Positions 1 through 14,548 of a stretch of 64,000 bases of DNA are shown one piece after another. Where the stretch lies: assembly GCF_009914755.1 (NCBI RefSeq), contig NC_060939.1, one strand, 5' to 3'. Position 1 is the stretch's first letter, and the number at the start of each line of letters is the position of its first letter. The DNA comes from the human T2T-CHM13v2.0 reference genome, Homo sapiens. A program made the position numbers and the translations under genes. The notes under the pieces are model-generated. The model saw nothing but the letters and a program-made list of their open reading frames with translations. It was not told the origin of the DNA and made no database searches.

Positions 1-131
1 ATACCAATTTTGAGAGCCCTCTCTAGGCAAATTAACCCAAAATTTCTGTGGATACAGCTTAGGGACTGTCATCTTCCCAAAGCTCTCCAGGTAATTCTAA
101 CTTGCTGCCAGGGTTGGGAACCACTGGTTTT
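1..131. mobile_element. MER5-like hAT-Charlie DNA transposon fragment
   Basis: 'aaagctctccaggtaattctaacttgctgccagggttgggaaccactgg' resembles the MER5A/B terminus. Confidence 0.6.
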
Positions 132-919
132 AGGCCTTCTACTTGATCTTAGCCACCACTCTCAGCATTGCCAGTACCTACTGCTGATTTTCTATAACAG
201 ATGTCACTCTTATACATCTGGATAACTCTTTGAGTGGTGAAATGGCTAAGTCCAATTAAGAAACTTATCCAACATTTATTTACTGACTGTCAAATACACA
301 AATAGCATTTGTCTTTGGATGAAAAGAAACCCTAAACAAATACATATTCTAGTTTTTGGTAAATTGTAGGTGGTCCCAGTACCACCAAACTCTGAAAAGA
401 CCCTAACAACATTAAGGATAATTTATTAAGATACAAGGCATGTATATCTTTTCTCCAATCCCTCAAATACAGCCCAGTCATATGAACCATATAGCACCTC
501 TCCCATTCTCACAGCTTGGGAAAAGGGGAGCGGGCAAGGGGGTGATAATAGAAGGCAACATCACACCAAATATTATAATAGTCCTGTCAGCCCTGTCGTA
601 CCTGAGAAGTGTAGTTCACACTCACAAGAGCAGTGTAGCAAGTTATGCTCCTCTGGCACCTCCTTGGCAGGCATGTAACTACTAAATGACTTAGCAAAAT
701 CTGGAGCTTAGAGGCCAGGGCACTCGTTTGCAGCTGAACACATTGGTAGGAATCATCTGTGGACCCCGTGGACACCACGGCTTTGAATGGTCTTTCTCCA
801 TGTGCCCCTTCACTGGATGCCAGTTCATAGGGAAAGCATGACCCCCAAAATCCTAAGGAACAAACTCTGTATTCTAAAACGTTTCATTATGCTTCTATTT
901 TATAAAGTTCTTTTGCAGA

Positions 920-1115
920 TATTATCTCATGCAAGATAGGTTGTCATTCTATTTCATTTTTATGTATTGCCTTCATGGGTTGGAACAATTAATATGGCAA
1001 AGACATATAAGATATTCTGGATATATAGAAATCCAGAAAAATGAGGAAATGGCTCAGGGCCCTGTGATGAGTAGGGACAGACCTGGGATTTAAACTCAAG
1101 TCCTTCCCCCTAGAA
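920..1115 (-). mobile_element. MIR fragment
   Basis: 'atgaggaaatggctcagg...ctgggatttaaactcaagtc' MIR core-like. Confidence 0.45.
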
Positions 1116-2699
1116 TCCATGCTTTCCTCTCTATTATAATAGGAATACTTGACATCAGTTTGATGCCTTGTGATACACAAAGCACATTTCCAATAATACT
1201 TTTTAACGAGAAGATATAAGTAAAATAACAATATGCCAAGCACATAATAGGCACTTGATACATAAACTTCCCTCTGCTTCTTTTTATTCATATATTATTT
1301 ACTGTTCTCTTTTGCTCAAAGGATTTGAGTAGACCATAACCTTTATTAACCACAGGGCCTAATAAAATAAGCAGGATTGGCCATCACATTCGGTCTCCTA
1401 ATATACTCCTTTGAGTGAAATGGTTTCAAGGTCAGAACATGGGATTGAGCAGTGCATGACCTGGGGCTTCATAGGCCAAAGGGAGAATGACAAATAGCTC
1501 TACACACCAGAAAGAGCATGACCTCTGATCCAAAAGGAAAGTTGGAGCCCGAAACTTCAATTCTAGATCAAGGTTCCACAATGGTGTTCACCTTTACTTT
1601 GGACAGATTTCCTCTTCATAATTGTTATGGACTGACGTAAGGGTTTGGCCACTAAGATACTGTTTTGACCAGAGTCCCGGGAATAGTTATATCCTTTCCA
1701 GATAATCCTTCTTCCTTATCCTCTCCATCCACTCTCTATCCTGAGACTGTTGTACACAGGAGACACAATAGCAGAAAGGGAACGAAAGTGCCAGGTCATT
1801 GATAGCTGTGTGAGAGTCCAACTCCCAAACTAAAATGCTGATAAAAACCCCTGTTACGGCAGGTGGGTTAGGCTTGAAGCCAAAGTGGACAAACCTCCAG
1901 CCCTCTCCTAATCCCCAGGCCCCCTTATATTATGGGACCAGTGTGTTTCACATGAGGCTGTGAAGACGGAGAGAGATGGTCAAGGTCAACTTATCCACCC
2001 AGCCATATGGAAACAAAAGAGAGAGGGACACAAGACCTCCGAGGGGCTGTGTCTGTCTCACTTTACCAATTCCACTCCATTTCCACTGCAAAGAGGAAGT
2101 TGAGTGTAAGAGCAAAAGGGGAGCCCTGGGTTTTGCCTTTTAAGACACAGTAGCCATGTTTCCTGGTAAAATGTAGCCCCATGAATGTTTTGCATTATGA
2201 TCAACCAGCTCATCAACTCCTCCTCCCCTGTAGGGAATGCAAGGTCTAGGAGTGGAGTGGATGGAAGTGGGCCTGGTTGGGAAGATGGGTAGAAATATCC
2301 TCATTTCACACATAGCAGATACAGGTTCAATTTTCTTCATTCCTTTCTTTGCTTTTCTTTTATTCTTTTGCTCTAAAATATCATGCTTATAGATTTTGTG
2401 ATGGTGAAGTCTTGGCAAAAAATTTAACGCTAATACTACCTTTAAGGTAAACAGAACATACCATGTGTCCTGCAATCACAGGGCCCATATTCTGACAGAT
2501 TATTGACCACAGAATAATACTCCTCTGCCCTGTCGTAATTCCCTTGTTGTATGTAGCAAGAGTTATTCCCTGAGTTTCTCCATTTCCACATGAAGAAGGC
2601 TATTCTCTTTTGTTAGGATGCTCAAGGTCCACTTTTAACAACTTTGAAGTTTTCTGCTTATAAGGATCTCCTACTGACTGCCTTCAGGCAGGTAGGAAT

Positions 2700-3710
<1,011 letters not shown>

Positions 3711-5214
3711 GAGATCCTGCATGCCACATTTCTTACAACCCAAAATAAGGCTTAGAAATAGCTTCAGCAATTCACATGGGAACCAAGCACTTGCTTAAAT
3801 AGTATTATTTGCAGGTAAAATGGCAAAGTCCATCTCTCATACTAATTTCATGGGTTAGCAGCAGCTACCTGGTTATCTCTTGAGGATTATGAAGAATTTC
3901 TGGATGCTATGAAAAAAAGTATGACTGAGGATACCCACCATTAGGACAAGAGAAGTGCCCTATAGCTGTCATTCTGGATATAAAAGAAAAGAAACTCATC
4001 TACATTGATCATCTAGATCAGATAATATACACATGTGGCTCTATGGTTATTTTGCTTTGTTTTAATTTCAATACTAACCTGAATTCTTATGTGTTACTGA
4101 TCCCATGTTATTGATCACGTACTGGTTGTCAGACACATTATGTAACTTTCTGTAATCACTGTTATTAAGATAGTAGAGTATTAACTTAAGGTGGTGGGCC
4201 TGGAATTCAAACCCTGCTCTCCCTAACTTAGAGGTCCTGGCTCCATCCAGTGCATCAGCTCTGTCTTCCTTTAAGTTCGAGCTATTGTTACCCAATGTCA
4301 AATCAACACTGATCACGAATGACGGAGGCGCAGCCCCTGACAAGATGGAGCTAGAAATAAGCCTGCTCAGGGCCCTTAGCCGCATCCAAGCACTTGTCCT
4401 GGACCATGCCTTTCACTGTGCAGGGTCTGAACACTTGAACTCTCTCTGCAGCCCTGGCTCATGCCTCACTACTCACTTGCTGGCTGCCCACGACCCTGGC
4501 TGGGTATGATGGAGCTGCTTCTACCCTGACCCTTGGCCTCGGGAGAGAGGACCCTACTTGCCCCTAAACGCTTTCCCTGGCTCCTCACTCTGCCACAGGG
4601 ACCAATGGTAAGTCCAAGTGAGAATTGGCCAAAAGCTGAGGAAAGTGGAATGGATGTACAGGATACAGAGCAACATGCCAACTATTGAGACTTCTCCTCG
4701 GTCTGCTGCCTGCCTCCTCTCCTGGGGGCAGTTCACCCCATAATGTGGAAACTGCCCCAGGCCTTAGAATCTGGGCTGAGCCAACCCCTGTGCCAGGAAA
4801 AGGGAATATTTATTCTTTTTTCTTCAGAATATTCTAAGTCCTGCCTTCCAAGTTCTCATTTCCTGACCTAAGACTGTTCTTCCAGGATGAGACACAGTGA
4901 AGGAGCCCACACTCTTTGGGAGAAACTCCACCCTTGTCCCCAGTTCCAGAGTGCGGCCTCACTCTCATAATCTGGTGACTCGGTCCCAAGCCTGACATCA
5001 GTATGTTTCCCAAAGCCAGAGTTTTATGTCATCATGGTCATCTTTTTACACAAGTCTCACCATAGTAGTTCCCAATGAGAACTCTATCTTAGTGGGCAAT
5101 GGACTTCGAGTCTCCTCACTGAACTAACTTCCAATCCATTTAATGAATGTTGAAAGAGCAGTTGCTATATATCTATTACTCCAAGTTTATTATGGCAGTC
5201 ATAGATAATTCTTC

Positions 5215-5325
5215 AGAGAGGGAGGTAAGGGGGAACAGAAGGAAGGGAGAAAGGAAGCCAGGAGAGAAAGAAGGAAGGAGGGGAAGGAGGAAGAAAAGGA
5301 GGAGACAAGGAAAAAAGAAAATGAG
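5215..5325 (+). repeat. GA-rich low-complexity polypurine tract
   Basis: About 110 bp of almost pure A/G (ggaagggagaaaggaag...). Confidence 0.8.
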
Positions 5326-6304
5326 TAATAAAGGTGATTTCCATTACTGGGGTTAGAAGGGTGAGACATGCCTATAGTCAAGACTCATTGGGAAGGCTTT
5401 GATGTGGAAACTGGGTCTCTCTGTGGGAACCAGCAAGACAAAGAGTACACTTGAGAGGCCCCTAAAGACAGAGAACCTCTCCCACTGCCCCCAATTCAAG
5501 TGAGGATGTCCATTCCTGTTTCTAAGGCTACCTGATAGCACCAGCCATAGTCACTGCCCAGCTGCCTGCCCTAGGGGCTCTCCATGGTCCACCCATGCAC
5601 AACATCAGGCAAGCTGAGGCCAAGCACCCACACTGACCCATTTCTCCATGTTTACTAAGGCCTGATTGCCTTAAGAAATAAAGGAACAGATTTTAGCAAG
5701 GTGGGGAGGAAGGCAGAGCAAGGTTGTGACAGATCACATGGTCATCAAGGTGGGAGGAAGCCATTCATTAAAAAGCATATTCTTCCAATGATGAATGGAT
5801 ACCTCTTCTTTGATGTTCAGGTGGCATGTTTTAAGATTGGTCTTTAGACAAACCTTTGCAAGGTAATCAGTTCCAACTATTGCTTATCATATATTTCTCT
5901 CCATGCTTTTGTGTCTCATTTGTCTGTCTTTTCTGTTCTATTTTCAGACAAAGGGGACTTAAGCAAAAAAAAAAAAATTTCCAAATGTATTCATGAATAT
6001 TTTAGCATGTATTTTGTGTACACATTTAATATTTTCTCCAGGGCACTCAGAGCAAGGAAGCGATAAGAGGAAGCTAGACCACTGTTTGGTGCTGGCTGCC
6101 CAGCGGCTGATGGTCTCAGGAGGAAGGGGCCGATTCCCTAAGCTGACATAGCCTGAAGGGCTTCTGCAAAGCCAAAAGATGACATAGAGTTTTCCTGGTA
6201 AAAGGCAGAGGGTGGTAGGGGTGTGAGGGAGTGAGGTGAGGAGGAGAGGAAAGGAGCAAGAGGACAAACTACCATGTCTCTAAAGAGGTATAATGACTGC
6301 CTGA

Positions 6305-7030
6305 ATTCATTCACTCACTCCAAATAAGTTGAACACTTGCTGTGATCCTGGATCTATACTGCTTTTAGGGATACAAAGTTGAGACATACTCACTGCAACA
6401 AGGAGCTCATAATCAAGAGGGATGCTAGCACAGAAATCAGCAGCCATGACTCAGTGTCGTGGATGCTGTGAAAGAAGCATCAAGGGGGAAGGAGAAGCCA
6501 CAGGAATGGGAAGTGGTATTCAGGAAAGACTTCCTGAGGGAGGCCATACTTGAGCTAAGCTCTAGAGGATGAGTGACCTTTAGACAGAGGGCCTCCATCC
6601 AGGAAGCCACATGCATGAAGGTCCTAATGCATGAGAGGCTGAGGCCAAGCCCATGACCAGAGTGGCCCTGAGTGGCTGGAGTGAGAGAAGGGGAAGGCGC
6701 AAGAAGGAAGGCTGGAGGGGTAGAGCTCTGTTGCAGAGTGGCTGGTGTGCAGTGCTAAGGAATGTGAACTTTACTGACAGACAACAGATTTAGAGTCATT
6801 TAAGGATTTAGAACCTGCTCAGCTTTGCATTTTGGAAAGGTCACCCTGATAAAGGTTTTGAGGATCCATGAGCAGGGAGAGGTGAGATTATTGTAATGAT
6901 GCAGGAGAGAGATGCTGAGGGCCTGGATGGAAGCAGTGGGAGGGAAGAGGGCAAGGGGATGAAGAGGAAGGGTGGGATGCAGATACATTAGAAGTCAAAG
7001 GGACAGATCACCAATGAGATGTGGTGCATG
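6305..7030 (-). mobile_element. L2 3' fragment
   Basis: 'attcattcactcact' L2 tail followed by 'tcaggaaagacttcctgagggagg', 'ttgcattttggaaaggtcaccctg'. Confidence 0.7.
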
Positions 7031-7074
7031 TGGGAGTCTAATCCTTCCTCCCACAAGTACCTGTGGGTGAGGGA

Positions 7075-7470
<396 letters not shown>

Positions 7471-7569
7471 AAGAAAATCTAACCCTTGAGCTGGGGGAGA
7501 GATGCCAGAGGGAATGGGTTGGGATGGGGTAAGACTAGTTTCCTAGTCAGGGTGAAAGGTGGTCTAGAC

Positions 7570-8152
7570 CACAGTGCCACTCAGAGTGTGGTGCTAGGAC
7601 AATTGTTGCTCCTAGAACCCTTTGTTAGAAGTTTGTGACAAGTTAAGGCACAAATAGAGAGTAGATATTTATCAGCCTTTATACCAATTTGACATTGCTG
7701 CTATAGCCAAGGAATGTGGTTCTTTTAAATTTTACAACCAGATGGATTGCAAATTAGCAAGCCGAATGGTCATGCACCCGAGATGGTTTGAGAAGCCTTG
7801 GTGGAGAGCAATGGTTCTCAAAATTTGTTTCATGTTAAAACCACTTGGGGAGCTTTTAGAAGATTTGACACCCAGGCTGACCTTATTACAATTACATGAT
7901 GATTTCTGGGAGAGGAACTTCAAACTCCAGTATTTTTTTTAAAGTTCTGTAAATGATTCTCATGGGCAGACACATTTGAGAATTAGCGGTCCAGACAAGG
8001 GCTGAATTTTTATGTGCAAATAAATCATTGAGGAGCTTGTTAAAATGCAAATTCTGATTCATTAAGTCTGAGTGGAACTCAAAAGTCTGCATTCTTCACA
8101 AGCTTCCAGGTAAGGCTCTTGTTGTTGGTCCACGGACCACACTTTGAATAAG
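7570..8152. mobile_element. Cluster of hAT-Charlie MER fragments (MER5A/MER5B-like, possibly MER119-like)
   Basis: 'caatggttctcaaa...ggggagctttt', 'gagcttgttaaaatgcaaattctgattc...ggtccacggaccacactttgaata'. Confidence 0.6.
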
Positions 8153-10189
8153 ATCTATGGGAAAAAGTTCTGCCTATCTAGCCAACTGTGGTCATTCATA
8201 TAACAGTGTAGAATTTGACCTGCAAAAGAAACCAGAAGGCAGACAGTGCAGAAGAGAAAATTAAAGCTCAGAGACATTACAAGCCAGTAAGTAGTAAAAC
8301 AAGGACCGCAACCTAGGCCTCCCATACTCAAAATCATCATTTCCTTACTCATCATGTCTTTGTCAAGACTACTATTTCTGGCTTTGGCTTTATGCTTCCA
8401 TCTGCAACATTTCCTCCCTCACCCACCACTCCCACCCTAGTCACTGGTTTTCTGTTATAATAAAGTAACTTTCAGAAAATCATACAGTTTTCTTGGCTGA
8501 ATTAAAGAGAACAGGAAATTTGCCCATATGTAGGCCTAACTCTAAGCAAACCTTTATTCATACTTCTGTCTTCCAATAATATTTCATCAGAGTCCTTCTA
8601 GGAGTAAAGAACAACCAAAGAGAAACAAAAGAGGAAGAGTGGGATAAACTGATCCAAAAGGACAGCATCTTGTGGGGTGAATGTGCTTCCTTTTCAGGGA
8701 GTATTTGCTTCCTAAATGATGACAATTAAAAGAAAATCGTCAAATGCTGACATCTCAGATATAGGCCAGAGCACAGAGGGAGAGCTCCTGCAAGCCCTTT
8801 TTTTTTTTTGACACCCCTAATCATTCAACAATATGTGTTTGCAAAGGCCGAGACTTGTATCTGACACAAAGAAGAAGGCTGGGTGTGATCATCATAGACC
8901 CTTGGCTCAAACTGTTGATTCAGAATCCTTTGCGGTCTTCTGATTTTCATCACGCCACTCCTGTCTGGCAGAACAGTCAATCCTTTGACTCTGCTTCCAA
9001 GGCATTTTGTACATTCTCCTATACGGCATTAAAGTCAGGGGAATGTATGGGACTTCTCATCAGACCATAAGTCCTTGCAGCTCTAAGCACCACATCTACA
9101 CCCTATACAGCCTTGAATTCTTAGTTACTGGACACACAGCACATGCCCAGTTACGTTTTGTTGAGTACTTGAACAAACAAACTCCCGTTTCACATGCAAC
9201 ATGACTTAAAATGTGGAAGACTGAATAAACTGGAGAATACAATGTGATATGCAAGTTAGGTGTGACGTGGCAGCTTCCAAAGGGACATCAGGCTGTGGTC
9301 ACAGAAAGGGTGAAAGCTGGAGAGTGGGGCTTGGAATGAGCTTTGAGGAAGATAAACGTGCAAGCAAGGAAAGACGGTGAGACTCTGAAGTCCACTGGAT
9401 TCTGAAGTGGCCCTGCAGACTTCAGAGGTTGCTTAGCACGGAGTTGTGGAGTCCCAGTGACTGCAAAGCACATGATGGGTCCCAAAAGATAAATGAATGG
9501 AGAGGGTGAAGTAGTGTCCTCAACTTCTATCCAAAAGCGTCTGCCAGAAAATGGTGGGGAAGTTTCAGAGGCGATAGGCCTGCAATAGGAAAGACCTCCC
9601 ACGACTCTAACCGCCATGAGCAAGTTGAAGGACGTACCTGTGTCTGGGAATTTGGCTGCATGGGTTGGGGAATTGCCAGCTTCCCAATCTAGCTTCTGTC
9701 TTAACGGTGTTACATAGTGTTTTATGTTAATTAAATGTCTACTGTAGGCATGTGCCAAGAGGCCTTGCAAAATCCGGTACATGGGGAAAAAGAGGACAGG
9801 CGTGCTGATCGCAGCAGCCATTCCCAGGTGTCTGTAGACCAAAGTGGGAGAGGCATAAAAACCTTCACTGGGCCCTTGATGGAGATAATTGGAAGAAAAA
9901 AAAAATCCTGTACAATGCAAACAATTGCTGCAGAAGGGTTGAGTGACATACCTGGGTCCCCTGCAAAAAAGAGGTAAAAATTGGATGAGCCTTCTACCTC
10001 TTCATTCCGCTTTCTCATCCACCTCACCTCCTTGCTATCAGTAGAAATCTAAACTGTTGGTAAATTAAAATAAGAGCACATGGTGGGAACAGAAAACATT
10101 GCTGTCACACAACAAGAGTAAAAACATTAGAGGTTTTGATAATGAAGCCATGGTTTGGATTTACTTTTTTGCCTTGTGCTACACGAGTC

Positions 10190-10400
10190 AGGAGCATTTA
10201 CTGTGGGCCTGGCCCTATGATGAGTATTTTACAAACATTGCCCCTACAAAGCCAAGCTTGGAGTTAGATTCAATTATTAAGAGGAAACAGAAATTAAAAG
10301 ATGTCAGGTGACCTTCAGAGGTGCCCACAGAGAGCAGCAGAATTGGAATTTGAGAGAGCTGTACATGTGGACAGCCCGGGTGCTTAACTACTACCTTGAT
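10190..10400 (-). mobile_element. MIR
   Basis: 'gagcatttactgtgggcctggcc...gaggaaacaga...aattggaatttga'. Confidence 0.5.
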
Positions 10401-10882
10401 GGCCTCCTGGCCTGGGGGTTGGTCTCACTTCCAGGCACCTCAGCATGAGAGTGGAGGGTAAGAGAAACGCCTTCCTAGAGAGAGTGTGCTCTCACCTTTC
10501 CTCATTCTTCTGCTTCTCCTCCTCACCTCCTGCGCATCCTCAGGCTCAATGTCTGCTCATTGCAAAAGAGAGGGATGTCATGGCATCTTCTTCAAGCATC
10601 TTTTTAGAGCTCTGCCTCAGCAGCCCAACGTTCAGGCCTTGTCCAAACCGTCAGAACCGTCTGCCTGCAGTCCGTGCAGCAGAAAGACCATCTGTCAGCC
10701 TCTGACCCGTGCCTTCCTGTCTCACGGACCACTTGAGCTAGCTCTATGCTCCCTGAGAGCCTCTGAGGTCCCTGGCTCCACAGTCCATCTCCCAAACCTG
10801 ACTGACAACTCCAGGCAGTTAGAAGAAAGGGTGCAGAGGGTGAGGGTGAGCTTAGCTGAGAAACCGTGCTCTCAATGGCAAA

Positions 10883-10913
10883 ACACACACACAGACACAC
10901 ACACACACACACA
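10883..10913 (+). repeat. Interrupted (CA)n microsatellite
   Basis: Directly visible. Confidence 0.95.
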
Positions 10914-11139
10914 AACACTCTTTTCTCATTTGGATCATCTTCTTGCAAGAAAATAATTATTTTATGCAAGCTTTGATTGAATACAAATACCCACTAAATT
11001 ATGTAGGGAATACATACCAGGAATAGGTATGTTCTTAATACCTCTTCCTCAGGTTAAGCCACATCAAGAAAATAGTAGGTCAGCATTATGAGATTATCTA
11101 AAATTATTGTGAACAGTTTCTTACCTTTAACCATGTAGC

Positions 11140-11320
11140 CCAGTAACTCTCAACCCAAGCTACACAGTAGAATCATGTGGGGAACTTAAAAAAAAAATCA
11201 ATGCTTGGGGACCGTTCTGGACCAATTAAACTGGAATCAATGGAATAGAGACTGAATGCGGTATTTTAAAAAAGTTTCCCACATGATTCAAACATGAGTC
11301 ATGGAGTGAGAATCACTAAG
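11140..11320. mobile_element. MER5B-like
   Basis: 'cagtaactctcaacc...agaatcatgtggggaactt...gagtgagaatcact'. Confidence 0.6.
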
Positions 11321-11394
11321 CAATCATGATGTCAAGGAAAAAGGGAATGGCTAGGTGGCAGGGAGGTATGGGGCAGGGGGCACTGCTGCTGATT

Positions 11395-11830
11395 TATTTT
11401 GGATGATCAGGAAAGCTTTCAATAAATATATGACCTCTGAGCTGAGATATAGGTAATAAGCAAAGCATTGCATACAGAGGAAATAGCAAGTGCAAGGGGC
11501 CTAGAGTACAGTAAGCAGTGTATTTCTCAAAAACAAGACAGCACTGTGGTCCAGTATAATGAGAGAGAGGATGAATACTAGGAGATAAGGTTCAAAGGTG
11601 GGACAGTGGCTGGATGTCTAGAACACTGAAGCCTATGGTCAAAAGTTTGGATTTTCTTCTAAATCTACTAGGAAGACATTGGAGTGTTTTAAGTGATGGA
11701 GAAATACAGTCTGATTTTGTTTTATAAACATCATCTTAGCTATTCCATGGAAAATGGACTTGGTGGTGGCAGCAGAATGGGAGCAGAGAGGTGGGCTGGA
11801 TATCATTGCAGGATGTCAGGAAGGAGATGA
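11395..11830 (-). mobile_element. L2 fragment
   Basis: 'gatcaggaaagctt...gagctgagat', 'tttggattttcttctaaat...ggaagacattggagtgttttaag'. Confidence 0.65.
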
Positions 11831-11839
11831 CTAGCATTG

Positions 11840-12090
11840 TTGCCCTGTGACGCCAGGACCTTGAGGCAGCCATTTGTGGACATGGCTAAAAAGTATGAGA
11901 ACAAAAATCCAATATGCTATGGGGAATGGAGAAGAAAAAGTCCAGATTCCAGCAGCATGGTGAACAGCTGAACCAACATGGACAGACGCCTACCCCTGGA
12001 CTGCTTATCTGAGAAAAACAAACCCCTATCTGTGAAAGCAAATGCAGTCGGGTTTTCTGTTACTAGTAGTTAACGCATTGCCAACTGATA
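11840..12090 (+). mobile_element. MLT1 (K/L-like) MaLR LTR fragment
   Basis: 'gcagccattt', 'cctggactgctt', 'gggttttctgttactagtagttaacgcattgccaactgata' 3' end. Confidence 0.55.
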
Positions 12091-14280
12091 TTACCACTGT
12101 TTTTATGTCAGGCACTGGTTTTAGGGAGCTACACAAATGAAAAACATTGCATCCCTGATTTGCCCCCAAATTTCAACCGAAGAGTTGGAAAATTTGCTCC
12201 CAAAAGTTGAAGACTACCAAAATATTGCAATGCTTTGAAGCATGGACTAACTTCTCTCATTTGGATAGATCCAAGAAGCAAGAGCTTCACTGTGGATTTG
12301 ATGAAATCTGATTCTTGCAAATCTGGCCATGAAGGGCTAACAAAAACAAGCTAGGTGAAATAAATTCACAGGGAGAGAATTCTAATTCAAAGAACTAGCA
12401 GAGAGCTCAAAAATCATCTGGTCCATGAGTACAAGAGTCTGTTCAAAGAGAAGCCTCCTTTGCTTGAGAGAGTACATTGAAATCTGAGACTGGACAAGGG
12501 GCAGAGGGAAGATTGCAACCAGGAGATGACGTTGCCCTTCCCCTGGTCTCCATTGCTATTTTCAGCGCAGGCTTTCCAACTTATTCATAATTAGTACTTG
12601 CAGTGAGATAAGAAGAGGGAAGAGCACCGTGGCTGGGACTAGGAAGGGAGGATATTTTATCAGCAATGAGCCCAAGCTCCTAAGCAAACCCTGATCTTGT
12701 CCCCGTGCTGAGTAATCCCTCCCCGCCAGCTGGAGGCTGAGAGGGGCCCAGGAAGCGACATCTCTACCAATCTGCTGAATAGGACGATGGATGCCTGACA
12801 TCCCAAGGTGGAACTCTAAACATATTTTCCTTCAAAACATTATTTTAATCAGTGATTAGATCACATAGTACTGTATTCCTGGTGCACTTGGATTCAGTAG
12901 ATCATTAGGAGCAAGGCTAGTCTCTTATTCTTTCTTTAATGTTATTTGAAAGTCACTGTAGTTTAAGTTTCAAAAACTGGCTTATAAAGAAACTTTTTCA
13001 AAAGCATTTTTTCTAACTCGAGGCTTGCCTGTACTATCTTAAATATCATGATATGTACATATATATTCAAATACAAAAATTTTGGGTCCCTAGGTGCTGG
13101 TGACATTTACTTATGTTTAGTTTTTTGGACATTTCATTTTGACTCACTGGACTGACAAAAATATTCTTTAAATTGGAGGCAATGTTGTTTTTAGGTTAAA
13201 AATTCTCATTTTACCATGAAAATATCTTTCTCCAAGAAAAGAATAACCTTCTTAAATGTAAAATAAATTAGTTTTTAAAAGTTTATTTAAGCTTTAAAAA
13301 GTTAGAGCACTATGTACATATATAGAGAGCCAAATTTATTCATTTTTAATTCCCTGGTTTTATCAAATAGAAGAAATAATGTTTATAAGAGGTTTTCCAA
13401 TTGGCACAGTAAGGAAAAACATTTTGGATATTTCAGAATATACTGTGAGAAAACATTAAGGCACATGTTTTCTGAAATATAAGTTTGACATTTTGGAGTA
13501 GTATTTAATACTGTTGACATCAATAGCCTGATGACCAGTATTCAACTACAACTTAACGTTCTTTCATGTATGTTGCAAAAAAAAAAAAATGGTTTTCATT
13601 ATAGTGAGTGGATTTTGATCAACTGCAATGCCATGACCATGATATTAAGAAGAAAAGTCTCTGAGATAAGAGGAAATGTTTATAAGATTTGTAACACCAA
13701 TGTTACTAAGGAGAATCACATGTGCCAGTACAGGGAGAGTAAAGTAATAGAGAATCTTCCATATCTGTAATACCACAGCACACATGGTGCATTTATAAAA
13801 CTTTACATGTTACTAGGCCAGAAGGCAAATCTCAACAAATTTCAGTACATTAATATTATTGGAGCATATTTTCCACCAAAGTGGAATAAAATTATAAATA
13901 ATAAAATAATAGCTGTTTCTCTTCAAGAACTTTAAAAATAACCCTCAGATTACTGAATTATTCATGAATAAAAGAGGAAATCATAAAGAAACAATAAAAC
14001 ATCTAGAACTGAATGGCAGTGAAAACTCTCCAAATAAAAAAGTTTAGGATAACACTAGAATGTTACACCCTTCTCCAAAACATGCTTATTCTCAATGATT
14101 ATATTAGGGAAAAAAGACTAGAAATGAATGAACGATTCAACCCAAAAGTTAAGAATTGGAACAAATAAGAAAAAGAATCTAAATGTAAGGAAAAGAAAGG
14201 GTAACTAATAAAAAGCAGAAATTAATGAAATAAAAAACAAAACAATGGTAGAGACTGACACATTAAAAATAAATTTTGGC

Positions 14281-14548
14281 TCATTCATTCAAAAAACATT
14301 TATTGGTTGATACAGCACTGGGGATTCAGTAATGATCCAAATGAACAAAAATCTCTGCTCTTTGGAAATTATATTCTAGTTGAGGGACAGACAAGGGGGA
14401 CAAATAAATAAAATGTATACTATGCTAGATGATGATATATATTAGAGAGAAACAAGAAAGCAGGAAAATTGGATACAGACATTGCCTGGAGACTGTCAGG
14501 TAAAATGTTACAGGTGATCGCTAGGGAAGATCTCAAAAGGTGGCTTTG
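14281..14548 (-). mobile_element. L2 3' end inserted into the L1 relic
   Basis: 'tcattcattcaaaaaacatttattg...aaaaatctctgctcttttggaaattatattctagt'. Confidence 0.7.

Noticed and set aside
5147-5356. Arg/Lys/Glu-rich ORF resembling an NLS or protamine
   Set aside because: Translation of a GA-rich low-complexity tract
9288-9920. Longest ORF (210 aa, minus strand)
   Set aside because: Starts at TTG, has no recognisable domain, and includes a MIR/L2-like 'AYSRHLIN' stretch; consistent with chance
10486-10956. 156-aa ORF with a signal-peptide-like hydrophobic N-terminus
   Set aside because: Non-ATG start; the Leu run comes from CT-rich low complexity and the C-terminus from a CA repeat
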